Shown piece by piece: positions 41,247 to 51,139 of a DNA stretch of 64,000 bases; the stretch's first letter is position 1; each line of letters begins with the position of its first letter. The notes under the pieces were generated by a model, which had not been told where the DNA came from, searched no databases, and saw only the letters and a program-made list of their open reading frames with translations. A program made the translations under genes and the position numbers. The DNA is from Nitrosopumilus sp. (GTDB lineage Archaea; Thermoproteota; Nitrososphaeria; Nitrososphaerales; Nitrosopumilaceae): positions 1,824,001 to 1,888,000 of the forward strand of contig OZ245040.1 in the NCBI GenBank assembly GCA_965224195.1, written 5' to 3'.

Positions 41247-41884
41247 GATTCTCTAACTTTAGGAAGATTCCAATTATACTTCATTGCAAGTAATCTGATT
41301 CCAGTTCCTGCAATTATTCCAATTACAGATGCAATCTGTACATCTACTCCAGATGAAAGTATTGCATAAAATACCACAATTCCAATTATACTGGCAATAG
41401 CATATACTTCTTTGACAAAAACTATTGGAATTTTTCGAACAAAGACATCTCGCAGTATTCCACCACCAATTGCTGTAATCATTCCTCCAAAGAGCATTGG
41501 AAGAAAATTCAAACCAATCACCTGATATGCAATTGATGCTCCCAATATTGAAAAGACTCCTAGTCCCACTGCATCAAATACTAACCAGACATTCATTTTA
41601 TTTTTAAGTCGTGTAAAAAAGAAAAACATCAAAACTCCGATAGATACAGTTAATCCAACATAGATAGGGTCAGAAAAAGCCGTAGGGAACCTACCAAATA
41701 TTACATCACGAGTTACCCCACCACCAATTCCCACTACAGTAGCTAAAACAATTATTCCAAAAATATCGGCCTTGTGTGCAATAGCTTTTGAAGCTCCAGT
41801 TACTGCAAAGGCAATTGTCCCCAAATAATCTAAAATGCTAATGAACCCATCTATTGGAAATGAAAAATCTACCATCCATTGCAA
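41243..41884 (-). CDS. Trimeric intracellular cation channel (TRIC/UPF0126) family protein
   Basis: Repeated GGGxxRD motifs, 7 TM helices. Confidence 0.9.
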   Translation of the reverse strand: MQWMVDFSFPIDGFISILDYLGTIAFAVTGASKAIAHKADIFGIIVLATVVGIGGGVTRDVIFGRFPTAFSDPIYVGLTVSIGVLMFFFFTRLKNKMNVWLVFDAVGLGVFSILGASIAYQVIGLNFLPMLFGGMITAIGGGILRDVFVRKIPIVFVKEVYAIASIIGIVVFYAILSSGVDVQIASVIGIIAGTGIRLLAMKYNWNLPKVRES

Positions 41885-41956
41885 ATGAAGAGCTATGGCT
41901 AATTAAGATTTGATAAAAATAAAGATCAAAAGTAAATTTGATTAAAATAAAGTTGC

Positions 41957-42250
41957 TTAGCCAAATAAGGAAGACAATCCTTCCATGGCTGCTTCTTCGT
42001 TTTTAGGTTCTTCTTTCTTCTTTTCTTCTTTTGCCGGGGCTGCTGCTGCCGGTGCTGCGGCTGCTGCAACTGCTACTGGGGCGGCTTTAACTGCCTCAAC
42101 GATGTTAACATTGGCTAAGGCTGCAACTAGTGATTTAACTTGGGCATCATTAACTTCAGCACCAGATGCTTTAACAACTGATGTAAGGTTTGCCTCGTTA
42201 ACTTCTTTGTCTAGTTTGTGAAGAAGTAAAGCAGCGTAAACATATTCCAT
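41957..42250 (-). CDS. rpl12: 50S ribosomal stalk protein L12/P1
   Basis: [11 protein letters not shown] ... EGLSSLFG. Confidence 0.97.
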   Translation of the reverse strand: MEYVYAALLLHKLDKEVNEANLTSVVKASGAEVNDAQVKSLVAALANVNIVEAVKAAPVAVAAAAAPAAAAPAKEEKKKEEPKNEEAAMEGLSSLFG

Positions 42251-42308
42251 TATATCGAGATTTTCTTAGGGCATAATATAAAACTATGGAGAAGTTACGC
42301 CTAGAAAT

Positions 42309-42818
42309 TTAGTTTAGAATTTTTAGACTTCTACAAACAGCATACACTGTTCGTTTCAGAGTAGGATCACTCAAAGTATCCTTTCTGTGCTTTAAAACTC
42401 GTTTTGCCTCATCCCTTTCAGAGCCTTCTGGTAAAGACAAAACAGCATTAAAAAATTCAGGTAAAGATTCACGAATCCAATTATCTAGCATTCCATAAAT
42501 TTTTGGAGGAAGAATATCACATTTATCAACATCAAGATCTAAAACTTCAGCATAATTTTCATGTTCAACTCTATACACCAAAGCCAAAACAACATTATCT
42601 GGAGTTGGATGTTCAAGAATTTCTCTGGAACGTTCCCCAGTTTTTCCTTGAGCAATCTTGTTTTTCAATCCAATTGGATTTACAATTACTCCATTGACTC
42701 CTACCTTTCTTCCGTCAACGCCAGTAACTATACCAAAGATAAAGTCATTAAATTCACCATTTTTTTTAATTGAGAAAATTGGAGTTCCTTCTTTTAGAGT
42801 AGGTTTCTTACCAAACAT
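42309..42818 (-). CDS. Hypothetical protein
   Basis: 169-aa ORF. Confidence 0.7.
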   Translation of the reverse strand: MFGKKPTLKEGTPIFSIKKNGEFNDFIFGIVTGVDGRKVGVNGVIVNPIGLKNKIAQGKTGERSREILEHPTPDNVVLALVYRVEHENYAEVLDLDVDKCDILPPKIYGMLDNWIRESLPEFFNAVLSLPEGSERDEAKRVLKHRKDTLSDPTLKRTVYAVCRSLKILN

Positions 42819-43008
42819 GAATAGATCACATCGTGTATTCTATTTATTCCTGCCCAATCGGACATAATTCCTGCAAATTATATCCATTATACAGTATGTA
42901 AACAAACAATAGCATAAAAAAATTTCTGAAGACCTTTTTCCAAAGTATTATGACTGTATCAATCTACGCACTCTTCTTAAAATAATACAATACAAACCAA
43001 AATCTAAA

Positions 43009-44452
43009 ATGATGGAGAAAAAATATTTCATTCTAATTCCTTTTCTACTTGCCACATTCATACACCTAGTTAACCCGGTTGGATTTCCAGACATATTCTT
43101 TAATGAGGGGATCTATATGCGAAGGGGAATGAATATGCTTGACACTGGAAATCCGCAAGAAAATTACCTGTATGACCACCCATACTTTGGACAGATAGTT
43201 CTTGCAGGAGTTTTACAGATAACAACTATTCTCCAAGTGACACATCAACTGATCCTGATTCACTTCAAAACCTGTATCTAATTCCAAGAATCTTTATGGG
43301 AATTGTTGTAATAGTTAGCACATTACTAATGTATCAGATTGCAAAAGTAAAGTTTGGAAACGATGTCGCATTACTATCATCTTCTCTGTTTGCGGTGATG
43401 CCATACACATGGATATTTGATAAAATATTACTTAATTCAATTTTGTTACCATTTTTACTTGCATCAATTTTACTTGCAATTTATTTTGCAAGACCACAAG
43501 GCAAGATGTGGCTTGCACCACTTTCAGGAATAATGTTAGGACTTGCAATATTTACCAAAGTTCCAGCATTTGTTTTCATTCCTCTTGTAATTTGGCTAAT
43601 TTTCCAAAAGGAAAAAAAGATCACACACATGCTAATTTGGATAGTTCCTGTGTTGTTGATTCCGTTGTTGTGGCCTGCAAACAGCATATTTTTGGATCAG
43701 TTTGATTTGTGGATTAAAGATGTATTGTGGCAAAGCCAACGAAGCAACAGCATTTTTGAAATTATTGGGTATTTTCTACTAATTGATCCAGTGTTATTTG
43801 TGATTGGTATGGCAGGGATAGTCTATGGTACAATTACAAAAAACAAGTTTGTCTTGTTTTGGTTTGTTCCATTCGTTTCATTTTTGTCACTAGTCGGATT
43901 CAAACAATATTTCCACTGGATTCCAGTAATTCCAATCATGTGTATTGCTGCAAGTATTTGGTTGCTTGATATGCCAAAGAAAGTAAAATACCTGCAATCA
44001 AAGACGTCCATTATGGAATAATAGGAATAATTCTGATATTTGGATTTTCAAGTACTCTTCTCATCATAACAAATGACGTATCACACAATCAGTTTGAAGC
44101 ATTATCATTTGTTTTAGAGAATCGTGATGCTCAAAGTACAATATTAGCAGGTCCTGTGTATTCATGGATTCTGTATGATGTATTTGGTGTAGATAATGTT
44201 CCATTAGATTATTCTTCAGTTTTGTTTTACCCTATAGAGACTGAAAAAATTACAGTTATTGCAGACCAACATTTTGTGATGGATCAAGATAGAGGTGAAC
44301 AAATCAGAAAAGTGTACAACAATACCCAGTCTATACAATACTTTGAAGGCAAAGTAAATGACCATAATAATTTGATTTATCCTTATACAGGCATGAAAAT
44401 GTATCAGGAAGGATTCTTGATTGATGTTAGAACTGGTGAATGGGATAAATAA
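43009..44452 (+). pseudogene. GT-C (PMT/ArnT-like) membrane glycosyltransferase broken by two frameshifts (~43222 and ~44003)
   Basis: FxxEGIY and DHPYFG motifs, multi-TM; three ORF fragments join into one continuous protein on shifting frame. Confidence 0.8.
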
Positions 44453-44500
44453 CAACAGTAAAAAAATTCACCTTAAACATTTTAATCCAAACTAGGAAAA

Positions 44501-45079
44501 TTGATCCTATTGCAAGATGCAGAGATTTCGATAATTGTACCAACATACAACGAATTAAAGAACATTCGTGGAATTTTAGAACACATTCAAAAATCCATTA
44601 CCAGAAATCTCAAAGCTGAAACAATAGTAGTGGATGACAATTCGCCGGATTTAACAGCAAAGATAGCTGAAGACTATTTTCATTCAATTAAAGAAAAAAC
44701 CAATCATACGATTAACGTGATTAAAAGAAAGGCAAAGACAGGTCTGTCTTCTGCAATACTCAACGGAATTCAGCAGGCAACTGGCAACACCATTCTAGTT
44801 ATGGATTCAGATTTTTCCCATCCACCAAGTATAATTCCAAAAATGATTGAGACGCTAAAACAAACTAGTTGCGACATTGTAATTGCCTCAAGATACGTCA
44901 GAGGCGGATCCATTCAGGGCTGGCCACTTAAGCGAAAACTGATGAGCAAGATTGCAACATTCATTGCCAAGAGAGGGCTTGGGATTTCATCCAAAGATCC
45001 AATGTCAGGATTTTTCTTGTTTAAAAAAAATCATTTCAGGATTAAAGTTTGATGCAATTGGATACAAGATGTTATTAGA
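44501..45079 (+). pseudogene. Polyprenol-phosphate mannose synthase (GT2, Dpm1-like), frameshifted in an A8 run at ~45023 and cut by the IS
   Basis: IVPTYNE, VVDDNSPD, MDSDFSHPP, DPMSGFF; shifted frame continues IISGLKFDAIGYKMLLE up to the TIR. Confidence 0.85.
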
Positions 45080-46148
45080 AGATGAGTTGTGCAATTAGTC
45101 CAATTTGAGCATAATCTCAACATTTTCTAATCATAAGATCCAAAGCTAAGACTGAATTATTTTCAATTCATGTTTAATTGCACAAAACTGGCAAAAAAAC
45201 CAAAACAATTCCTGTCAATAGCAGGATTAACTGTTCCACAGTTTGATTCCCTATACAAAGAAATAAAGAAAAATTGCAAAACTGCAGAACAAAAGGGATT
45301 GTCCAAAAATAGAGAAAGAGACATTGGTGCAGGACACAAGTTTGACTTGTCCTTCAAAGACAGAATTCTAATGTTTTTCATGTACTACAGAATGTACACA
45401 ACATATGATATGCTAGGGATGATATTTGATTTGGACAAACTAAACGTAATGAGAAACATCAGATGTTTGGAGCCTGCAGTGAAGCAGTCCATTGTAATTC
45501 CTGCCAAAAAATATGCAGACTCAAAAAAGATTAACAGCATGCAGGAATTGCAGGAATTCTTTCTGGAATTAGTTGCAATCACTGATGGCACAGAACAGCC
45601 CATCCCAAGACCAAAAAACAAAAAGAAAAGAAAGGCACGCCATTCAGGCAAAAAGAAAAAGCATGCAGTACAAAATCAAGTCGCCATAAATCCTGATGGG
45701 ATAACAATCCACAAATCTGCACATTCGCCTGGCAGCCATCATGATTACGGAATTTACAAACCAAGGCATCCAACATTGTCTGAAGGGTTGCTGCAGTCTT
45801 ATGATCCTGGATGTTTGGGGATGGAAAAGGACTTTCCAGAACAGGCAAGTGTTTTGCCATGCAAGAAAAAGAAAGGAAAAAAATTGACTGTTGCTCAAAA
45901 GGAGTGGAACAGGATGCAGTCAAAAATTAGAATAAAAGTTGGACGTGTCATTGCACAAATCAGGCAATTTCGGATAAATCGCGATGTGTTTAGAAACAAA
46001 TTATGCAGATATGATGTGATAAGTGAAATTGTTTGCGGGACTGTCAGTTTCAAGATTAAATGGAAAGAAGAATTCATTGCAATTCCATAAAATTAAGAAT
46101 TAAATGACAGAAAAGTTAGATTTTTGCTTGTAATTGCGCAACTCATCT
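45080..46148 (+). mobile_element. IS5-like insertion sequence (DDE_Tnp_4/ISL2 type) with 18-bp terminal inverted repeats
   Basis: AGATGAGTTGTGCAATTA (45080) vs TAATTGCGCAACTCATCT (46131-46148), one mismatch; no target duplication seen. Confidence 0.85.
45170..46090 (+). CDS. DDE_Tnp_4-family transposase, probably inactive
   Basis: HTH, DGTEQPIPRP, SGKKKKH, YDPG; RIKVG where the family has RxxVE. Confidence 0.85.
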   Translation: MFNCTKLAKKPKQFLSIAGLTVPQFDSLYKEIKKNCKTAEQKGLSKNRERDIGAGHKFDLSFKDRILMFFMYYRMYTTYDMLGMIFDLDKLNVMRNIRCLEPAVKQSIVIPAKKYADSKKINSMQELQEFFLELVAITDGTEQPIPRPKNKKKRKARHSGKKKKHAVQNQVAINPDGITIHKSAHSPGSHHDYGIYKPRHPTLSEGLLQSYDPGCLGMEKDFPEQASVLPCKKKKGKKLTVAQKEWNRMQSKIRIKVGRVIAQIRQFRINRDVFRNKLCRYDVISEIVCGTVSFKIKWKEEFIAIP

Positions 46149-46987
46149 CATCTATCATCACATTCAGAATACTTTTTCAATCCAGATTCTGATTCTAGCT
46201 CGTCTAAAGAAGGGAAATGTAAAATGCCTTGAGATTTGAGAATTTCTCCACATTTCCACAACATTAATTCAAATGCTCGTTTAGTTTTATGAAAATATAC
46301 TTGTTGATACATTTGATACCTTGCAAAGATCATTTGCTCGACTGATTCATATCCACCTTGAAGTACAACAAACTTCCCATTTACTGTAGCTAGTTGATCA
46401 ATGATTCTATGTAAATCAAATTTTCCATAAGATACTCCAGTGTAATAAGAGTCCCTCAAAAGATAATCTAGCCTATCTACATCTAATTGACCACTAATGA
46501 TATTGCTAAGATAAGTTTTTTCGGGATAAGGATCTCCTAAAATAAGATTGTTAATTATTTGTGGATCAATTCCTGCTTTAGTAATGATTTTAGAAAAATA
46601 ATGTTCCACTAGTGTAGTAGAATACAATTCATGTTTCTCATCAAGCAAACTTTCTAATGAATGGGAAAATGGCGTATGACCAATATCATGCAATAATGCA
46701 GCAATTCGTAGTGCTTGTCTATCTTTATTAGTTGCAGTAAATGTTTCTCCTAATTTTTTTGTATTTTTTTCCATAGAATCAAATGCCAATCCCGCTAGAT
46801 GCATAGCACCAAGTGTATGACCAAATCGTGAATGCTCTGAACCGTGATATACATAATGACCTAAACTTAGTTGTTTGATATTTCTCAGTCTTTGATATAC
46901 AGAAGAACTAATAATTTTTAATTCATATTCATTGGCAACAATAAATCCATGAGCTGGATCACGAAATTCTTTTACTTTGTCAGCCAT
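46148..46987 (-). CDS. HD-domain phosphohydrolase (SAMHD1/dNTPase-like), probably C-terminally truncated by the IS
   Basis: QRLR.IKQL, HSRFGH, LLHDIGHTPFSH, DVDRLDYLLRD; stop codon formed at the IS junction. Confidence 0.85.
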   Translation of the reverse strand: MADKVKEFRDPAHGFIVANEYELKIISSSVYQRLRNIKQLSLGHYVYHGSEHSRFGHTLGAMHLAGLAFDSMEKNTKKLGETFTATNKDRQALRIAALLHDIGHTPFSHSLESLLDEKHELYSTTLVEHYFSKIITKAGIDPQIINNLILGDPYPEKTYLSNIISGQLDVDRLDYLLRDSYYTGVSYGKFDLHRIIDQLATVNGKFVVLQGGYESVEQMIFARYQMYQQVYFHKTKRAFELMLWKCGEILKSQGILHFPSLDELESESGLKKYSECDDR

Positions 46988-47025
46988 TTACAATTTTATT
47001 TTATCAGTAGGTATTTGATGTAGCA

Positions 47026-47099
47026 TATCGATCAATTACTTTTACACTTTGATTCGATCAATTGATCTTATCACGCATACAATAATTATCTGATCGATA
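47026..47099. promoter_or_regulatory. Cluster of TCGATCA/GATC repeats upstream of the HD gene
   Basis: TCGATCAATT at 47028 and 47054, palindrome GATCAATTGATC at 47056, inverted copy TGATCGATA at 47091. Confidence 0.4.
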
Positions 47100-47114
47100 A
47101 GAAAGGAGAACAAT

Positions 47115-47735
47115 TCAATATTGTTTGATTAATTCTTTGTTTTCTTCAACATATGTACCCAATAATGCTTCTACTCCAGAAATATCTGGACGGTAATTAA
47201 CAATCACATCTAATTCAGGTTTTGCCAAATTCTTTACAATTATTTTTGCTTCTTTGTATCCTGTCATCCACGCATAGATGTCTGCTTGAGTTTTTGCCCT
47301 GTCAATAACGCCATTCATTTTAGTTTTACTTGATACCCAAGTAGTTTTTAATTCAATTAAAATATCATTTTCTACACCATCAATTTTTCCTGAAACAAAA
47401 TAATCAACACCTGCAAGATTAAATCTCTTAGGAGTAAGCCAAATTTCAGTATAGTCACTTTGACCATGGTAATATTGACCAAATTTTAAATTTAATTTTA
47501 ATTCCAATAAATTATCTAAATCTTTTACAGTCAATTCTCCAATTTTTGAATCAGGATCTAACTTGTCAAAAGCTTTTTCATAATGAGAAAAACTTGCAAT
47601 AGATGCAACCCAAATTTTATTATGTTTTGTGTGAGGAGTTCCATCTAAATTATAATTTGAATATGTATAATCTTCATTTTTTATTTTTTTTATTGTTTCA
47701 TTACAACAATCACAAGCAGGAGTCCAATCACTCAT
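47115..47735 (-). CDS. Cas4-like PD-(D/E)XK nuclease with N-terminal CxxC
   Basis: GxxxH, GKID, IELKT, QxxxY motifs. Confidence 0.75.
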   Translation of the reverse strand: MSDWTPACDCCNETIKKIKNEDYTYSNYNLDGTPHTKHNKIWVASIASFSHYEKAFDKLDPDSKIGELTVKDLDNLLELKLNLKFGQYYHGQSDYTEIWLTPKRFNLAGVDYFVSGKIDGVENDILIELKTTWVSSKTKMNGVIDRAKTQADIYAWMTGYKEAKIIVKNLAKPELDVIVNYRPDISGVEALLGTYVEENKELIKQY

Positions 47736-47818
47736 AGATTATAAAAATAATATTTAGTATTTAGATATGATCATAATAAAGAAATCACGTGTATTATTGA
47801 AGTTTTAATAATTGAATA

Positions 47819-48891
47819 TTATTTCACTCTACTGCCCATAAATTCAATATCATAATACTTGCTCTTTTTCTTTGGATTGAAACTGATTCCATACGTATTT
47901 GCAAGTATATCGTAAATGTCTTCTCTGAAACTTCTATATGCAATTTCTCCAGATTTTCGTCTTCTAACTCTGTCTCCAAATTTACGTCTAGATTTTGCAA
48001 GTTTTTCAATTTGTTCCATTGTAAGTTTCAAACTAAAATCAATAACTAAATTGTAACTCAATACTTGCTTGTTGTCCTTTAATGCATGACGAGTATGATT
48101 GATTATTTTTACACTTTCAGGTAGTTTTTCATTTATTTCATCTATGATGTTCATTATTTCAAATGATTTACCAACATATTCAGTAGGTGGAATTGTATAT
48201 GTGGAATATTTTATCATGAAATCATAAAATTCCCCTTTAGGTTTTTTGACAAGATCTTCGAAAATATCTAAATGATCCAAAACATATCTACGAAATTCAT
48301 CTTTATTTCCCAACTCTACCATTTTGTTTTCCAAATGTTCTAAAAATGCACCACCCACAAGTAACAATTATGTTTTTTGGGATTTTCTCTAATACCTTGA
48401 TTACGTCCATCATCTTTGGCAGTCATTACAAGAATTCCTATTACGTCTTTGCTCTGTCTTTTTCTGTAATCATCTAGTTGCCCAGTTAAAGTATACATTA
48501 TTTTTTCAGACATTTTTAAATCTGAATAATCTTTACATTCTGCAAAAATTTCAATATTAGGATCACGTGCTAAAACATCTATTCGGAATTTATCATTTGT
48601 ACTATCATTGAAAACAAATGGAACATCTCTATCTACATCAAATCCTGCAAATTTTAAAACATGTGCAGTTGTAGCTTCTAACCATTCTCCACTCTTTTTT
48701 TGATCACCAATATGAGTACCCTGTGAAGTTTCTGCTTCTGGAGGAGTTGTACCTTGTTTGTATTCTTCTTTAATTATTTGGGATGTATCTTCTAAAACTG
48801 AGATTTTAGATTCAATAATCGGAGTTCCACAGCCAGTACAAAAATTATCTTTTGAACTAGATTGTTTTCCACAACCTCCACAAAACCCCAT
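47819..48891 (-). pseudogene. Zn-ribbon + Mrr-like restriction endonuclease, split by a frameshift at ~48355
   Basis: CGGC...CTGC, E..TA..L...GF, IDVLA, AECK; YLW joins GGAFLEHL of the downstream ORF if one G is restored. Confidence 0.75.
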
Positions 48892-49135
48892 ATTATTTTC
48901 ATAAGTTACTCGTAAATAAAACAGATCATTATAAAAGTAAAAAATAGCAAAATAATTCCAGTATTTCATTCATTAGGCATGAAATCATAGCAGTTTCGTG
49001 GGTAAATCAGCAGGATTACTTTCATCTGCCGTAATTCAAGGATTGTCTATTGGAGTATTGATGAGATTCAATATTGACATGTCTCATGGTATCTTGTAAT
49101 GTTTCAATAATGTAAATGATTTTTATAAAATAATT

Positions 49136-49843
49136 CTAAAGTATTAGGATTCCATTATTCACAAGAAATCTAATTGCTTCCTTAAACTCTTCATCATTGA
49201 TTTCTCCACTTGCATAAAATCCTGCAATTCCTCTAACCCATTGGGGAATTGGTACTGGATGTTGTTCTTCAGATTGTTGTGATGCAATCTCTGCTTGTTG
49301 TCTTGCATGTTCTTCATCTTCTAATTCTTGTGCAATTCTATCTGCTTCCTCTTCTGCTAATTCTTCTGCAAGTTGTGCTTCTTGTGCTAATCTATCTTCT
49401 TCTGCATATTGTGCAATTCTTGCTTGTCTTTCTATTTCGGCTTCTTCTGCTTCTGCTAATTCTTCTGCAAGTTTTTCTGCTTCATAATTTACTATAAATT
49501 CCTCTTCTGCAATTCTTGCTTGTTCTTCTTCTAATGCTTCTGCTTTATCTTGTAATCTTTGCTCTTCATCTATTTCTGCTTGCTCTTGTGCTAAAACACT
49601 ATCAATGTATTCCTGTGTTACACTAAATGGTGATTCTACAACATCATCATTAACTACAACTTTGATTATGTATTCATCAATTTCTAATACTCCTAATTGA
49701 ACTCGTTATGTTCCGTCTTCAATGCCATTGCTGGATGCAGAAATCTGATGAGTTGCATTATTGAGAAATACTCGGATAATTCCGCTTTGATCACTTGTGA
49801 TGTTGACATCAAATCTATCTATCTCAAATGAGGTTTCTGCCAT
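49136..49843 (-). pseudogene. Secreted/surface coiled-coil protein with thaumarchaeal C-terminal IP.W domain; in-frame TAA at 49706-49708
   Basis: Minus-strand frame reads E/A/Q-rich coiled coil then IPQWVRGIAGFYASGEINDEEFKEAIRFLVNNGILIL*. Confidence 0.7.
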
Positions 49844-49965
49844 ACTGAGGACGAATCTTTATGTCATAGTTTTTTGTAGAATCAAAACTTTTGAGAACTT
49901 TGTAAATCTTCAACATGTAAGATAGTCACTAAATGAAAGATAAAGAGTGTATTTGTCAGCTTAAC

Positions 49966-50127
49966 CTATAATTCAAATTCTTGACGACATTTTTCACATT
50001 TTGCTCTTTCTTCCCCAGGGGAACCAAGAATGAAAATTTTACCAATTGTTTTACAGAGAGGACACATGCCAGTAGTTGCATTTTTTGGACCAGTACGAAT
50101 GATTTTTTGTGATTTTCTACGTCCCAT
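49966..50127 (-). CDS. Elf1-like Zn-ribbon protein, 53 aa (not in ORF track)
   Basis: MGRRKSQKIIR...CPLC...CEKC: basic MGRRK N-terminus plus C4 ribbon as in Elf1. Confidence 0.65.
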   Translation of the reverse strand: MGRRKSQKIIRTGPKNATTGMCPLCKTIGKIFILGSPGEERAKCEKCRQEFEL

Positions 50128-50162
50128 GAAAAAACTTCTTGAATCGGTCTATTAAGTTTTAA

Positions 50163-50249
50163 TGGCGCGGGGAGAGGGATTCGAACCCACGAGTTCTTGC
50201 GAACATGAAATTAGCAATCTCACGCCCTACCAGGCTAGGCGACCCCCGC
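50163..50249 (-). tRNA. tRNA-Ser(GCT), CCA encoded
   Basis: Cloverleaf TGAGA-TT-GCT-AA-TTTCA, long variable arm, GTTCGAATC. Confidence 0.95.
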
Positions 50250-50281
50250 ATAATATGCCTAAAATGATTCTGTAAATAAAT

Positions 50282-51028
50282 TCATTCGTCCCCAAATTGG
50301 CTGTAATTATTCACAATCTCCTCAATTGGGAGTCGTTTTCCACCTACAATTTTTAGATCAACTTGTATTTTTTTGTCAGAGATGTTAAGAATATTGTAAG
50401 TGTTTTCAAAGAATCCACGAACTCTCTCAGATGTTGCAGTTCCAGCATTAACCACAGTTAGTCCTCCAAAATTCCATGCCCATGGCCTATGCTTGTGTCC
50501 ACATAATACTACATCAACTTTAGAATCCAAAACAGTTCTTAATACATCACCTGCATCAACTACAGTAAGTTGATCAGAACCAGTATCAGGAATCGCAATT
50601 AAATGGTGATGCATTGCAACAATCTTTACTTTGTCTTTGTATTTTCTCATAGTTCTTTCTAACCATAAATTTTGTCTGTATCCTACTTCACCTTCATTTC
50701 TATCAGGTCTTGCAGTTCCAACTGTAACTAACACAACATCATCGCTTAATTCATTTACAGTTTCAAAAGGAAAAAACTTTTTGAATAAAAGATAGCCAGT
50801 ATTTCGATAATCATGATTTCCACTTATAGTAATAATTTTTTTAGTGTTAAATTTTTTTAAAAGAGATTTACACTGTTCATATTCTTTCATTAGTCCTTCA
50901 TTAGTTAAATCACCAGTAATTATGATTACATCTGGATTTAGTTCATTTACTTCTTCTACTAGGATGTTAAATTTTTCTTGTAAAAATTGTGAACCTACAT
51001 GTAGATCAGAGATTTGGACAATCTGCAT
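50282..51028 (-). CDS. Calcineurin-like metallophosphoesterase (start reset to MQIVQ)
   Basis: SDLH, TGD, GNHD, HH, GHKH. Confidence 0.92.
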   Translation of the reverse strand: MQIVQISDLHVGSQFLQEKFNILVEEVNELNPDVIIITGDLTNEGLMKEYEQCKSLLKKFNTKKIITISGNHDYRNTGYLLFKKFFPFETVNELSDDVVLVTVGTARPDRNEGEVGYRQNLWLERTMRKYKDKVKIVAMHHHLIAIPDTGSDQLTVVDAGDVLRTVLDSKVDVVLCGHKHRPWAWNFGGLTVVNAGTATSERVRGFFENTYNILNISDKKIQVDLKIVGGKRLPIEEIVNNYSQFGDE

Positions 51029-51139
51029 TTGAATAATATTTACTGAATTGGGTATAAAATCGTCTCTATAGAAAATATTTAGAAAATATTTTAAATTCAA
51101 GGTAGAATTAAATAATAATCATCTCAAAATCTTGCAGTT

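Noticed and set aside
297-45923. Numerous short ORFs overlapping recognised genes (e.g. 297-653, 15038-15466, 29991-30515, 38062-38424, 45579-45923)
   Set aside because: Antisense or alternate-frame shadows with no motifs
48975-49095. Short palindromes (CATGAAA..TTTCGTG; TCAATATTGA) in an island spacer
   Set aside because: Too short and AT-rich to distinguish from chance; no clear ORF or RNA
49249-49497. Leu-rich plus-strand ORF looking like a membrane protein
   Set aside because: Antisense of the E/A/Q coiled-coil pseudogene
42820-50249. tRNA-Ser(GCT)-integrated element
   Set aside because: No integrase, no duplicated tRNA 3' end seen, and the Elf1-like gene lies between the tRNA and the island
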